This document shows positions 1 to 9,571 of a stretch of 51,869 bases of DNA, piece after piece. A model generated the notes under the pieces. The model searched no databases. It had not been told where the DNA came from and was given only the letters and a program-made list of their open reading frames with translations. The stretch is from Chthoniobacter flavus (GTDB taxonomy: Bacteria > Verrucomicrobiota > Verrucomicrobiia > Chthoniobacterales > Terrimicrobiaceae): positions 1-51,869 of the forward strand of contig CAMDOJ010000001.1 of assembly GCA_945903555.1 (NCBI GenBank), read 5' to 3'. Positions within the stretch are counted from its first letter, which is position 1. Every line of letters starts with the position of its first letter. The position numbers and the translations under genes are program-made.

Positions 1-1328
1 GGACCTGGATTCGCAGCGATGACTTCATCGACGAAAGCCTCGATGGCGCCGCTGTCACTCTCTTGTTTGAGACCTTTTTCCTCGACGATGACCGTGGCGG
101 ATTTGCCGGTTGAGAACATCTCTGCAAAGACTTCCTTGCCTTGCTTCGAGTTGATCGAGCCAGCGTCAATAAGGTTCACCAGTTCATCGAGAGAAAAGGG
201 TGCGATCGGGCAATCCGAGATGCTGACCGAGGTCGCCGACATGGCGCTCAGAAGATCATTGATGATCCAGTTGGCGACATTTTTTGGCTTCTTTGCACCG
301 CGCGCGGCGGTTTCAAAATAGGATGCCAGTGCGAGGTCGTTCGCCAGGACTGAGGCATCGTAGTCACTCACGCCGAAATCGCTCACAAAGCGGGTTCGCT
401 TTTCCCACGGCAACTCCGGCTTGCGGAGGCGGGCGGCTTCGACGATGGAGGCGGTTTTGACAGGAAGGAGATCGGGATCGGGGAAGTAGCGGTAATCGTG
501 CGCGCTTTCTTTGATGCGCATGAGGGTGGTCTCGCCGCGAGCGTCATCCCAGCGGCGGGTTTCCTGTTGCAGGGTTCCTCCATTGCGAAGGATTTCAACC
601 TGGCGTGGAATCTCAAAAATCAAGGCCCGACGAACTCCGGAGATCGAGTTCAGGTTTTTGATTTCAATCTTGGTGCCGTATTTATCGGTGCCGACCGGGC
701 GGACCGAGACATTCACATCGCAGCGGAGTTGGCCTTTCTCCATGTCGGCGTCACTGATGCCGCCGTAGATCATCACCTGCTGGAGGACGGTCAAGTATGC
801 GAAGGCTTCCTCGGGAGTGGAGATGTCAGGTTCTCCCACGATTTCCATCAGTGGTGTGCCAGCGCGGTTGTAGTCGATACCGGTTGACGTTTCCATATGG
901 AAACTCTTGGCCACATCTTCTTCGAGATGGATGCGAACGAGGTGCATGCTTTTATTCGGTGTACCGATAGATTTCTGAACGTCCTTCGGATATGCGAGAT
1001 CATGAAGGGGAACGATGCCGCCAAGGCAGAGTGGCATATCATATTGGCTGATCTGATAGTTCTTCGGCATGTCGGGGTAGAAATAATTCTTGCGGTCGAA
1101 TTTGCAGACCGGCCCGATTTCACATCCGAGCATCAGACCGGCTAGAGCAGTGAGCTTGAGGGCCTCCTCGTTCATCACAGGCAAAGCGCCGGGCATGCCC
1201 ATGCAGACCGGACAAACATTGGTATTCGGCTCGGCTCCATATTCCACGGCGCAGGAACAAAACATTTTGCTACGCGTCTTGAGTTGAACGTGAACCTCGA
1301 GGCCGATGGTGGTGATGTAATCAGTCAT
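1..1328 (-). CDS. gatB: Asp/Glu-tRNA amidotransferase subunit B. The C-terminal end is cut by the window edge; about 442 aa are present.
   Basis: Absent from the ORF track because the frame is open to position 1. Manual translation from the ATG at 1328 gives MTDYITTIGLEVHVQLKTRSKMFCSCAVEYGAEPNTNVCPVCMGMPGALPVMN...YNRAGTPLMEIVGEPD...AHDYRYFPDPDL, which are typical GatB motifs. The ATG overlaps the upstream stop (ATGA). Confidence 0.93.
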   Translation of the reverse strand, partial: MTDYITTIGLEVHVQLKTRSKMFCSCAVEYGAEPNTNVCPVCMGMPGALPVMNEEALKLTALAGLMLGCEIGPVCKFDRKNYFYPDMPKNYQISQYDMPLCLGGIVPLHDLAYPKDVQKSIGTPNKSMHLVRIHLEEDVAKSFHMETSTGIDYNRAGTPLMEIVGEPDISTPEEAFAYLTVLQQVMIYGGISDADMEKGQLRCDVNVSVRPVGTDKYGTKIEIKNLNSISGVRRALIFEIPRQVEILRNGGTLQQETRRWDDARGETTLMRIKESAHDYRYFPDPDLLPVKTASIVEAARLRKPELPWEKRTRFVSDFGVSDYDASVLANDLALASYFETAARGAKKPKNVANWIINDLLSAMSATSVSISDCPIAPFSLDELVNLIDAGSINSKQGKEVFAEMFSTGKSATVIVEEKGLKQESDSGAIEAFVDEVIAANPG

Positions 1329-2185
1329 GGTTTGGATTTAGAAGTGGTGGGACTTTGATCGGGAGGCATGGCGTAATCGAGCGCTTTTTGCAGGTCGAGG
1401 CCCATGACGAGCTTCTGTAGCGAGGGGTCGCTGACCGCATGCATCAGGGTGGGATTTCGTAAAAGAGCGGCGTAATCTTTCTTTTGCGAGGCTGCGACGA
1501 GCTCCGGATCCTGCAAGATCGCTTGGATGCGAGGATGGGCGACGATTTTCATTACGCCCGGATAGTCCAAAAATCGCACCATTGCATTGGGATCAGCGGT
1601 CAACTTGCTGAGTCGAACAATGTGGTCGTAGGCCTCATTCGGGAGGATATCCACGGATTTGACAACCGCTCCGATAGAGCCCATTTCCAAGGACTCTTTG
1701 AGTGTGGCTAGCCCTTGAGCGAGGGCCGGAGCATCTTTTGGCTTTTGTCCTGCCATGCTCGATTGCGCGAGCGCACCTGCGGCTCGAACGAGAGAAACCG
1801 TCCCCCACAAAATAAATACTCCAGTGAGAAGTCCAAAAAAAGCTCCACCTAATCCGAACATGGTTCGCACAAAGCCGGGCGGTTGCTGATAAGTTCTCTT
1901 AAATAAAATCGCGCTTAGGAAAAGGCAGATCGCGAGCACAATGAGCGTTACGGCCAACCCGACGCCAAGGCCTGCAAAAAAGGACACCCCAGGCATCACG
2001 ATAGCCACAACGGCGGCGATCGCCTGCCCAACCATTATACCGAGAAAACCGGATAACACAAAGGCGCCAAAGTGCAGCCCTGAGCGGATGACGCCCCGAC
2101 GCCAACCGCCGTAGATTTCCCAGAGCAAAAAAAGACTCGCTCCGTAAAGAAGGGCATTCTGCCAAAATGGGGACGCTGAGCCCAT
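1325..2185 (-). CDS. CvpA-family membrane protein with an extra C-terminal soluble domain.
   Basis: Four predicted TM helices lie in the first ~140 aa, and a GGWRRGVIR motif after TM1 is typical of CvpA (colicin V production) proteins. The C-terminal ~140 aa are helical and unassigned. Confidence 0.6.
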   Translation of the reverse strand: MGSASPFWQNALLYGASLFLLWEIYGGWRRGVIRSGLHFGAFVLSGFLGIMVGQAIAAVVAIVMPGVSFFAGLGVGLAVTLIVLAICLFLSAILFKRTYQQPPGFVRTMFGLGGAFFGLLTGVFILWGTVSLVRAAGALAQSSMAGQKPKDAPALAQGLATLKESLEMGSIGAVVKSVDILPNEAYDHIVRLSKLTADPNAMVRFLDYPGVMKIVAHPRIQAILQDPELVAASQKKDYAALLRNPTLMHAVSDPSLQKLVMGLDLQKALDYAMPPDQSPTTSKSKP

Positions 2186-2188
2186 GTA

Positions 2189-3280
2189 TTAACGTGGCAG
2201 GATGTCCTGCGCGCGCTGACGCAGCGCATGGTCGCAGAGCACGAGGGCTGTCATCGCCTCGACCATTGGAACAGCGCGAGGGAGTACGCAGGGATCGTGG
2301 CGGCCTCTTGCGGCGAGAGTGGATTCCTTGCCCTCGATGGTAACGGTCGATTGCGGGCGGGAAATGGTGGCCGTCGGCTTGAATGCCACACGGAAGAGGA
2401 GGGGTTCGCCATTGCTGATTCCACCCTGCACGCCTCCCGAGCGGTTGCTTGTCGTATGCACTACGCCATCCCGGATTTCGTAGGCGTCGTTGTGTTCCGC
2501 ACCTGTGAGTAGGGTGCCTGCAAATCCGGATCCCATTTCAAATCCCTTCGTGGCAGGAAGACTGAGCATACCTTTTCCCAAATCGGCTTCCAAGCGGTCG
2601 AAAACCGGTTCGCCGAGACCGACGGGCATTCCTCGCACCGTGGCATCGATGAGACCACCCACGCTATTGCCCTCGCTGCGGACTTGTTTGATACGGGCGA
2701 TCATTTTTTCGGCTGCATCCGAATCCGGGCAGCGCACGGCATTCGATTCGATCGCAGCGGAGGTCACAGTGCCCGCATGCACGTTGGCTTCGATATCATG
2801 GATACGGGATACCCAAGCGAGGATTTCAAGGCCGGGATAAAGGGTGGTGAGAATTTTTTTTGCGACAGCGGCCGCGGCGACGCGACCGATTGTTTCGCGC
2901 GCGGAGGAACGTCCGCCGCCCTCCCAGTTGCGAACGCCATATTTACTCTGGTAAGTGAAGTCGGCATGCGACGGGCGAAAGTGGGTTTCCATTTCGCTGT
3001 AGGCTTCCGGCCTCGCATCCGTATTAGGAACAAAAATAGAAATTGGCGTGCCGAGTGTGACCCCACGAAAAACCCCAGAGAGAATCTTGCAGGTGTCTTC
3101 CTCCTTGCGAGGCGTGACGATATCGCTTTGGCCGGGCCTGCGGCGGTCGAGGTCAGGTTGAATGTCCGCTTCGGAGAGGGGCAGTCGAGGTGGGCAACCA
3201 TCGATCACCACGCCTACGCCGCCGCCATGTGACTCGCCCCAGGTCGAGATGCGAAATAAAGTTCCAAATGTGCTGGCCAT
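2189..3280 (-). CDS. aroC: Chorismate synthase.
   Basis: [27 protein letters not shown]...RRRPGQS...GGRSSARET match AroC along the full length. I place the start at the ATG at 3280 (MASTFG) rather than the upstream ATG at 3334 used by the ORF track. Confidence 0.95.
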   Translation of the reverse strand: MASTFGTLFRISTWGESHGGGVGVVIDGCPPRLPLSEADIQPDLDRRRPGQSDIVTPRKEEDTCKILSGVFRGVTLGTPISIFVPNTDARPEAYSEMETHFRPSHADFTYQSKYGVRNWEGGGRSSARETIGRVAAAAVAKKILTTLYPGLEILAWVSRIHDIEANVHAGTVTSAAIESNAVRCPDSDAAEKMIARIKQVRSEGNSVGGLIDATVRGMPVGLGEPVFDRLEADLGKGMLSLPATKGFEMGSGFAGTLLTGAEHNDAYEIRDGVVHTTSNRSGGVQGGISNGEPLLFRVAFKPTATISRPQSTVTIEGKESTLAARGRHDPCVLPRAVPMVEAMTALVLCDHALRQRAQDILPR

Positions 3281-3356
3281 GAATTGACCATTAAAAAAAC
3301 AGAAACCCGAGGAGCGATCACGCGAATAATTCAAGGCTCGGAGGAAAAGAGAGAAA

Positions 3357-3432
3357 TGGGGTGATCGACGGGACTCGAACCCGCAACAACCAGGACCACA
3401 ACCTGGAGCTCTGCCATTGAGCTACGACCACC
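3357..3432 (-). tRNA. tRNA-His (anticodon GTG) with genomically encoded G-1 and 3' CCA.
   Basis: Manual fold of the reverse complement gives G(-1)-GTGGTCG/TA/GCTC-AATGGCA-GAGC/T/CCAGG-TTGTGGT-CCTGG/TTGTT/GCGGG-TTCGAGT-CCCGT/CGATCAC-C-CCA. The anticodon loop is TT-GTG-GT, and the extra 5' G opposite discriminator C is a His hallmark. Confidence 0.93.
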
Positions 3433-3487
3433 ATTTTATTCCCAGCCGGAACGGGCTGGAGAAGCCCTTTATTTCGATGCTTTGTGG

Positions 3488-4168
3488 TTATTTGTCAACG
3501 CCGATTTTTGTGATCAGGGTACGGAGTTCGGCTGCTGACCACTGGCCAGGAACGTTTGGACTGTGCAGCCATCCGTAGTTGAGGGCCGATCCACAATTTG
3601 CGAATAGGAGTCGCGAACTCATTCCTAGCGGGCCCATGCCCATGATCGCGAGAGGCAATGGGGTGGCATTCCAAAGATCCAGAAGACGCGACACATCCTT
3701 CGGCGTGGTGGTGCGCGTCGCGATTTTTACCACGCTTGCACCGGCGTCTTTCGCTCGACGGATGACATCTCGCAGACGCGATGTGGCGGGTGTTTTTTCA
3801 AAGTCGTGAAATGAGGCAATGATCCCGATGCCGTTGCTCTGAGCGCAAGCGGCAACGTCTTTGAGGCCGGCCAGCGATCGTACTTCGATATCCACGAGTG
3901 CAGCCGATGGAAGGAGGCTCAGCAGAATTTCACGCCTTCGTGCTTGTGTAAGCGCGTTTTTGCCGCCCTCGAGCGGGTGGCGGGCGGTAATGATCCACGG
4001 GATATGGGATTTTGGGATCTTTTCTCCGAGAAAATCGGCGCGCCATTCCAAGTAATCCACTCCGCCTTGTGGAAGACGTTTCGCGGCGCTGACGGCTTCC
4101 GCTGAATCGACGATTCCGACAACAGCGGCCATCTTGCGGTCAGTGAGGTTTACTTTTTTCCCCTTCAT
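3488..4168 (-). CDS. aroD: Type I 3-dehydroquinate dehydratase.
   Basis: EWRADFL, ITARHPLEGG, ASFHDFEKTP, VVKIATR (Schiff-base Lys context) and MGMGPLGMSSRL are type I DHQase motifs. An alternative start is Met13 at 4132. Confidence 0.88.
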   Translation of the reverse strand: MKGKKVNLTDRKMAAVVGIVDSAEAVSAAKRLPQGGVDYLEWRADFLGEKIPKSHIPWIITARHPLEGGKNALTQARRREILLSLLPSAALVDIEVRSLAGLKDVAACAQSNGIGIIASFHDFEKTPATSRLRDVIRRAKDAGASVVKIATRTTTPKDVSRLLDLWNATPLPLAIMGMGPLGMSSRLLFANCGSALNYGWLHSPNVPGQWSAAELRTLITKIGVDK

Positions 4169-4294
4169 TTCCCCATCTCACTACACATCTCTGGGAGTAA
4201 AAGAAAGGAGCGAAAGTGTGGAGGGTATTTCTGCGCCATGCAGTCAATCGCTCTTGCCAAGGGGGATAGCTTTTATATCCTGCTCGTCTCTTAT

Positions 4295-4624
4295 ATGAAA
4301 TTTGCGACATTATTATTCCTTGCACAAGCAGCGCCGGCCGAGCAACCGAACCCACTCATCTCGATGGCACCGCTGGTATTTATTTTTGTTATTTTTTACT
4401 TCCTCCTCATCCGACCACAGCAAAAGAAAGCAAAGGCACATTCCAAACTTGTTGAATCCATCAAAACCGGTGATCAAGTCGTCACGAATGCTGGAATCCA
4501 CGGAGTCGTCGCGAATGTGAAGGACAATACACTCATTATTAAAATCGCTGACAACGTGAAGGTCGAGTTTGACCGCGCCGCCGTCGCAGTTGTGCTTAAG
4601 GCCTCTGATACACCTGCTGCCTAA
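4295..4624 (+). CDS. yajC: Preprotein translocase subunit YajC.
   Basis: A single TM (PLVFIFVIFYFLLIRPQQKK) is followed by the GDQVVTNAGIHGVVANV YajC signature. The start is chosen at ATG 4295; the track ORF starts at 4238. Confidence 0.88.
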   Translation: MKFATLLFLAQAAPAEQPNPLISMAPLVFIFVIFYFLLIRPQQKKAKAHSKLVESIKTGDQVVTNAGIHGVVANVKDNTLIIKIADNVKVEFDRAAVAVVLKASDTPAA

Positions 4625-4674
4625 TTTTCCAGAAATCCCGGTGACCGCAGAGTCGCCTCAAATAATACTACAAG

Positions 4675-6981
4675 ATGACGCCTGCTCTCACATTCGCTTT
4701 TGGACTGCTTTTACTGGTTCTTTTCGGTTGGTATTTTGCCAGTGATCTGTCTTCTCGTAAACGGTGGCTGGGTTTGATTCTGACGCTGTTATTAACGGCG
4801 TTCTGTGTGGAGCAAATCATCCCGCCCACCAAGAAAATCCGCCTCGGCTTGGATTTGCAGGGTGGCACATCTTTCCTGATTCGTCTTGTCCCGCAGACCG
4901 AAAATGGCATCACCCCCGACTTGCTCGAGCAAGCAGTGGAAGTCATTCGTAAGCGGATTGACCAATATGGAGTGAGTGAGCCCGTCATTACGCCTCAAGG
5001 GAAAGATCGGATCTTGGTTCAGATCGCGGGATTGGATGCGAAGCAAATCGAGGAGGCCAAGTCTCAACTCCAGCGTGTGGCTAAGCTAGAGTTTGCTATT
5101 GTCGATGATGGTGGTGCGTCTCATGTCCAGCGAATCCAGTCCGGTGAGGAAGTGATGGATCCCTCATACGTCCTCAAGTCCTACAAGTCATCAAAGGAGT
5201 CCAAGGAAGAGTCTCAGATTCTCGTGAAGCGCCGTGCAGCGATGACGGGGGAGTATGTAACAAAGGCCTTCGCTTATTTTGATCAACAGGGGTATGGAGT
5301 TTCGCTTGAGCTCAATGCGGAGGGGGCCAAAATTTTTGACGAAGTTGCGCGACAGAATAAAGGTCGCCAGATGGCGATCCTCCTCGATGGCGAAGTGATC
5401 TCGGCGCCGGTCCTCCAGACCGATCATTTCGGTGGGCGTGCCCAAATCACGGGTCATTTCAGCGATAAGGAAGCCCGCGAACTCGCGAGCGCCCTAGAGA
5501 ATCCGCTTCGTGTGCCTGTTCAAATCGAGGAAACGCGGAGTGTGTCACCCACGCTGGGTTCAGATTCGATTCGTAGCGGCGTTCTGGCAGGTGTTTCCGG
5601 CCTCACTCTGGTGATGGCCTTTACGTTTCTTTACTATCGATTTGCTGGGTTGGTCGCGATCGTGGGGCTTTTGATCAATATCGCCCTCTTGCTTGGAGCG
5701 ATGGCGATGTTCAACTTCACGCTTACTCTACCGGGTATTGCGGGAATTATTTTGACTATTGGTATGGCGGTGGATGCAAATGTGCTCATTTTTGAGCGTT
5801 TGCGCGAGGAGATGGCGGCGGGAAAGTCGCTTCCAACCGCTCTGGCTGGCGCCTATGAAAAAGCTTTCAGCGCCATTTTTGACGCCAATGCGACGACACT
5901 CATTACCGCGTTGATCCTGTTCTGGCAGGCGAGCGGATCGGTGAAGGGATTTGCAGTGACGCTTACGCTTGGCATCATTGCCTCGATGTTCTCCGCGCTT
6001 CTCTTTACGAGAACGGCTTTCCGTTGGTTGGTGGAGAAGGGTGGACTCAAATCCCTGCGCATGCTCAACCTTGTCACGGACAAAAAATTTGACTTCTTAG
6101 GCAAGCGCAAATTGGCACTGGTTTTTTCTATCCTGATGATTGGGGGATCGATTGGGATCTTTGCCATTCGTGGGGAGAAAAACTTCGGCATTGATTTTCG
6201 CGGCGGCGATCTTTTGATCGTCGATTCCTCCAAGCCGGTCACTGTTCCTGAGGCTCGTTCTGCGATCAATGATCCCGGTGTCGTCATTCAATTTCAGCGA
6301 GAGGGGATCAAGGAAGTCCTCACCTTCCGTAGCGCTCAAGGAACTTCGGGTGCGTTGCTCAAGCAGCTCGAGACCGCATTCCCAGATCGCGGATTGGTTT
6401 CCATCGGTCAAGATACGGTTGGACCGCAGATCGGCATGGAATTTGCGAAGTCCGCAATGATTGCCTTGGGTCTAGGCATGGTCGGCATCTTTTTGTATGT
6501 CACGTTGCAGTTTGAGTTTTCCTTCGCGCTCGGAGCGGTGGTGGCCTTGCTTCACGATATCATTATCACTATCGGCGTCTTCTCACTCATTGGTGGTGAG
6601 TTGTCGCTAGTTATGGTGGGCGCCATTCTTACGATTGCGGGTTATTCGATCAACGACACGATTGTCGTATTCGATCGCATTCGTGAAGGCCTCAAGAATG
6701 GAGAAAGGGGCTCAATTCAGACCCTCATGAATATCAGCATTAACGAGACGCTCGGTCGTACCTTGCTGACTGGAGGAACGACTCTTCTGTCTGTGGGAGC
6801 CCTTTATTTCTTCGGCGGAACGGTCCTGCGTGACTTCTCGTTTGCGATCCTTGTTGGTATTCTCGTCGGCACCTATTCCTCTGTTTATGTGGCTTCGCCA
6901 GTCGTGCTTTGGGCCTCCAAACTTCGCGGAAAGAGTGTTCGTCGCGAGGTTCTCGAGACCGAGGCGCTCAAAAAAGCTTAA
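4675..6981 (+). CDS. secDF: Fused protein-export membrane protein SecDF.
   Basis: The 768-aa ORF has a SecD-like N-terminal part (large periplasmic domain plus 6 TM, GIAGIILTIGMAVDANVLIFERLREE). The C-terminal part is SecF-like (GYSINDTIVVFDRIRE). It lies directly downstream of yajC. Confidence 0.95.
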   Translation: MTPALTFAFGLLLLVLFGWYFASDLSSRKRWLGLILTLLLTAFCVEQIIPPTKKIRLGLDLQGGTSFLIRLVPQTENGITPDLLEQAVEVIRKRIDQYGVSEPVITPQGKDRILVQIAGLDAKQIEEAKSQLQRVAKLEFAIVDDGGASHVQRIQSGEEVMDPSYVLKSYKSSKESKEESQILVKRRAAMTGEYVTKAFAYFDQQGYGVSLELNAEGAKIFDEVARQNKGRQMAILLDGEVISAPVLQTDHFGGRAQITGHFSDKEARELASALENPLRVPVQIEETRSVSPTLGSDSIRSGVLAGVSGLTLVMAFTFLYYRFAGLVAIVGLLINIALLLGAMAMFNFTLTLPGIAGIILTIGMAVDANVLIFERLREEMAAGKSLPTALAGAYEKAFSAIFDANATTLITALILFWQASGSVKGFAVTLTLGIIASMFSALLFTRTAFRWLVEKGGLKSLRMLNLVTDKKFDFLGKRKLALVFSILMIGGSIGIFAIRGEKNFGIDFRGGDLLIVDSSKPVTVPEARSAINDPGVVIQFQREGIKEVLTFRSAQGTSGALLKQLETAFPDRGLVSIGQDTVGPQIGMEFAKSAMIALGLGMVGIFLYVTLQFEFSFALGAVVALLHDIIITIGVFSLIGGELSLVMVGAILTIAGYSINDTIVVFDRIREGLKNGERGSIQTLMNISINETLGRTLLTGGTTLLSVGALYFFGGTVLRDFSFAILVGILVGTYSSVYVASPVVLWASKLRGKSVRREVLETEALKKA

Positions 6982-7012
6982 GCGCGCTTTTCTAGTGCGG
7001 TTTTTTTGCCCA

Positions 7013-7837
7013 TCAGCGAGGTGATTGCACTTCGACGATGAGCGCGGTCGTATTATCCCGTCCTGAATAATCTACAGCAGACATGACGAGTTGGCGGGCA
7101 GGTTCCTCGGAGTGAGTATTGAGGATCTCTTCGAGGTGGGAGTTGTATAGGCCATCTGTAACGCCGTCCGTGCAGAGCAGAAATCGGTCGCCTGGTTCGA
7201 TGCTGATGGCGCCCACCTGAGGGTCTACGAATTGATGGCCGCCTCCGAGTGCTTTCTGCAAAACGTTACGTCGAGGGTGGGTTTTGGCCTCTCTTTCGTT
7301 GATCTGACCATTTCGGTAGAGCCAACCGACATAGGTGTCATCTTCCGAAACCTGTTTGATTCCACCGGAGGCAGGTAGAAGGTAGATGCGACTGTCACCG
7401 ATATGTGCGAAATAGACCCATCCGGGCGTGAACCAACACAGGCTCAGTGTGGCTCCCATGCCATGGCATTCCTCGTAGCATGAGCCCAAATACAAGAGGG
7501 CCTTGTGAATTTCTGCGAAGAGTTCCTGGAGGACATCGCTGAACCCGATCTCAAAGCCGGATGCATTGTGGCGGAATAATCTAGGAATGAGTCCGGTGAT
7601 TTTTTCCACGGCAATCTTGCTCGCAAATTCGCCCGCCATGGCGCCACCCATTCCGTCGCTCACGGCAAAAATATAATCACTGGTTCCGGAGTCGGCCTCA
7701 CCGATTTTGCCAAGATGGTGAACGCCGGTCGAGTCCACAGCCAGCCCAAGAAAGGAATCTTCGTTATTTTTCCGAACTTTTCCGCAGTCCGTGTGCCCTG
7801 ACCAAATCAAATGATAGGCGGAGGCGTCTGGTTTCAT
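7013..7837 (-). CDS. PP2C-family Ser/Thr protein phosphatase.
   Basis: The PPM metal-binding motifs are HTDCGKVRKNNEDSF, AVSDGMGGAMAGEFAS, HIGDSRIYLL, LLCTDGVTDGL and GRDNTTALIVEV. Confidence 0.9.
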   Translation of the reverse strand: MKPDASAYHLIWSGHTDCGKVRKNNEDSFLGLAVDSTGVHHLGKIGEADSGTSDYIFAVSDGMGGAMAGEFASKIAVEKITGLIPRLFRHNASGFEIGFSDVLQELFAEIHKALLYLGSCYEECHGMGATLSLCWFTPGWVYFAHIGDSRIYLLPASGGIKQVSEDDTYVGWLYRNGQINEREAKTHPRRNVLQKALGGGHQFVDPQVGAISIEPGDRFLLCTDGVTDGLYNSHLEEILNTHSEEPARQLVMSAVDYSGRDNTTALIVEVQSPR

Positions 7838-8223
7838 TCGCTGGGAGACTCCTCAAGAATCGTTGAGAATTCAAAATCGATCAGGCAAAAGCGTCCATCG
7901 GTTTGGCGGTAGGTGACATTGCGCAATTCCGCATCGTCGTGACGAACTCCGTATTCCTGGAGTTCCTTAAAAAGTTCGATCAATCGCTCGGAATCCATGT
8001 GTTCGACTCGGGCACCGCAGTTCGAGGTGATTATTTTTAGCTGCTCGGGATCACTTTCTAAAAGCCGTGGGACGAAGGGGCATTTTTTTTCCTCAAGGTA
8101 ACGCAGAACACGAACCTCGTTGGTAAAGCGTTCTTGTGCCAAGGGGCCACGAAATTGTTTGTAAACCCTGCCATCATACCCAATCCGAACAGTAGCCCTG
8201 CCTGTGTCTTTAACCTGATTCAT
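7834..8223 (-). CDS. 129-aa protein with a minimal protein-kinase-like / APH-like catalytic core (putative mini-kinase).
   Basis: The translation shows VYK22 (beta3 Lys), NE36V (helix C Glu), H95-D-D97-AELR-N102 (HxDxxxxN catalytic loop) and ID116FE (metal-binding Asp) at canonical spacing. The protein ends 13 residues after the DFG-equivalent. Its stop overlaps the PP2C start (ATGA). Confidence 0.5.
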   Translation of the reverse strand: MNQVKDTGRATVRIGYDGRVYKQFRGPLAQERFTNEVRVLRYLEEKKCPFVPRLLESDPEQLKIITSNCGARVEHMDSERLIELFKELQEYGVRHDDAELRNVTYRQTDGRFCLIDFEFSTILEESPSE

Positions 8224-8314
8224 TCCTCAGAAAGATTCGGTCGCTTTGGTCGAGTGGCAAATCAAAAGCACTTTTTTAGTTCGAGTGGGGGTTTGCCCAT
8301 CGAAAAAAAAGCGC

Positions 8315-9571
8315 TTACTTTTTCAGTTTCAACCTTAGGAAGGTCGGTACGTCCAAGTCCTCGCCCTCGACGATAGTTGGTTCGATCTTATCAAATCGTC
8401 CGCGCGTGACGGGATCCAACGGCAGCAAGGGTTGTTCGACTTTTTGAGTGGGCGGCTTTTCTGTCGGATGGGCGGCGTGTGCAACAGGCACCTCGAAAAA
8501 AGGAACCTCGGTTTGTTGCGGTTTGCTGGCGGGTTGAGGTGTTGGCGAAGGCTGTGTGAGATACGAGAGATCCGTGGTGGCTTTAATTTGTGGTGTGGCA
8601 CGTTTCTCTTCACCACATCGGCCGATGATTGCGACTGAAAGGGGTGAGTAGGGATCTTGTGATACACTGACGCCTAGGTTGAGCATGGCCGATGCGGAAA
8701 GATTCTTGGAGATCTCTTTCATGATTTCAGATACCTCTTCCATGCTTAAAGAGGGAGGGCCGGAAATATGGACAAGGAGTCTTCCTGCATCGTGTAGGAG
8801 GCGGCCCCGATCCAATAGGGGGCTTCGAAGAGTGGCGTCAATCACGTGACGGACGCGGTCATCGCCGCCGGCATCGCCACATCCAAATAGGCAGGAATCT
8901 TCGCTGTGCCGGAGTACGGCAAGCATGTCGGGAAGCGAAACTGGTATTGGTCCGTTACTGGTGACGATACGATTGAGGCTTGAAATCGCACGGAAAAGAA
9001 GACTATCGCAAACGGAAAATGTCTCACCGACTTCGGCGTGGGGGGCTATCAGTTCAGCCATACGATCATTTTCAAAATGGAGAATGGCATCTGCGAAGCG
9101 GGTGATTTCACGGAGTGCTGTGGCCGCTTGCTGGGCGCGGCGGCGCCCCTCGAAAGAAAAGGGAGATGTGACCACAGCGATAACGAGAGCCCCATTTTGT
9201 TTTGCCAACTCGGCCACGAGCGGAGTTGCGCCTGATCCCGTTCCCCCTCCAAGCCCGGCACAGATGAAAATGATATTCCTTCCCTCGATGGCTCGCTGGA
9301 TTTCTCCAGACGATTCCTTAACCGCATCCAAACCAATTTCGGGATCGCCGCCGGTTCCTAGTCCATGGGTGGTCATTTGTCCCATGGAGATTTTTTTTGA
9401 GGCGAGCGTATTCGAAATCGATTGTTGGTCGGTATTGATCGCGAGTGTTTCCATTGGAAAGCTGGCCTGCGCGATTAGGCGATCCATGATGTTTATGCCT
9501 GCATTTCCTAGGGCAATGAAGAGTGATTGCGTTTCACTTTGGCCAGCCAGGTATCGCGGGAAGATGATCAT
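8315..9571 (-). CDS. ftsZ: Cell division GTPase FtsZ (divergent).
   Basis: The tubulin signature is AGLGGGTGSGATP, with VTSPFSFEGRRR, GLGTGGDPEIG and a C-terminal conserved peptide DLDVPTFLR. It holds the terminal position of the dcw cluster. Confidence 0.93.
   Translation of the reverse strand: MIIFPRYLAGQSETQSLFIALGNAGINIMDRLIAQASFPMETLAINTDQQSISNTLASKKISMGQMTTHGLGTGGDPEIGLDAVKESSGEIQRAIEGRNIIFICAGLGGGTGSGATPLVAELAKQNGALVIAVVTSPFSFEGRRRAQQAATALREITRFADAILHFENDRMAELIAPHAEVGETFSVCDSLLFRAISSLNRIVTSNGPIPVSLPDMLAVLRHSEDSCLFGCGDAGGDDRVRHVIDATLRSPLLDRGRLLHDAGRLLVHISGPPSLSMEEVSEIMKEISKNLSASAMLNLGVSVSQDPYSPLSVAIIGRCGEEKRATPQIKATTDLSYLTQPSPTPQPASKPQQTEVPFFEVPVAHAAHPTEKPPTQKVEQPLLPLDPVTRGRFDKIEPTIVEGEDLDVPTFLRLKLKK

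Noticed and set aside
3335-3487. tRNA-His as a possible genomic-island integration site.
   Set aside because: Both flanks are housekeeping shikimate genes (aroC, aroD). I saw no integrase, no direct repeat of the tRNA 3' end and no compositional break nearby.
6974-7012. An A/T-rich palindrome (AAAAGC-TTAAGCGC-GCTTTT) and T-run between the convergent secDF and PP2C genes as a terminator.
   Set aside because: The stem is short and AU-rich, and the self-complementary AAGCGCGCTT core leaves no proper loop. It is too weak to call.
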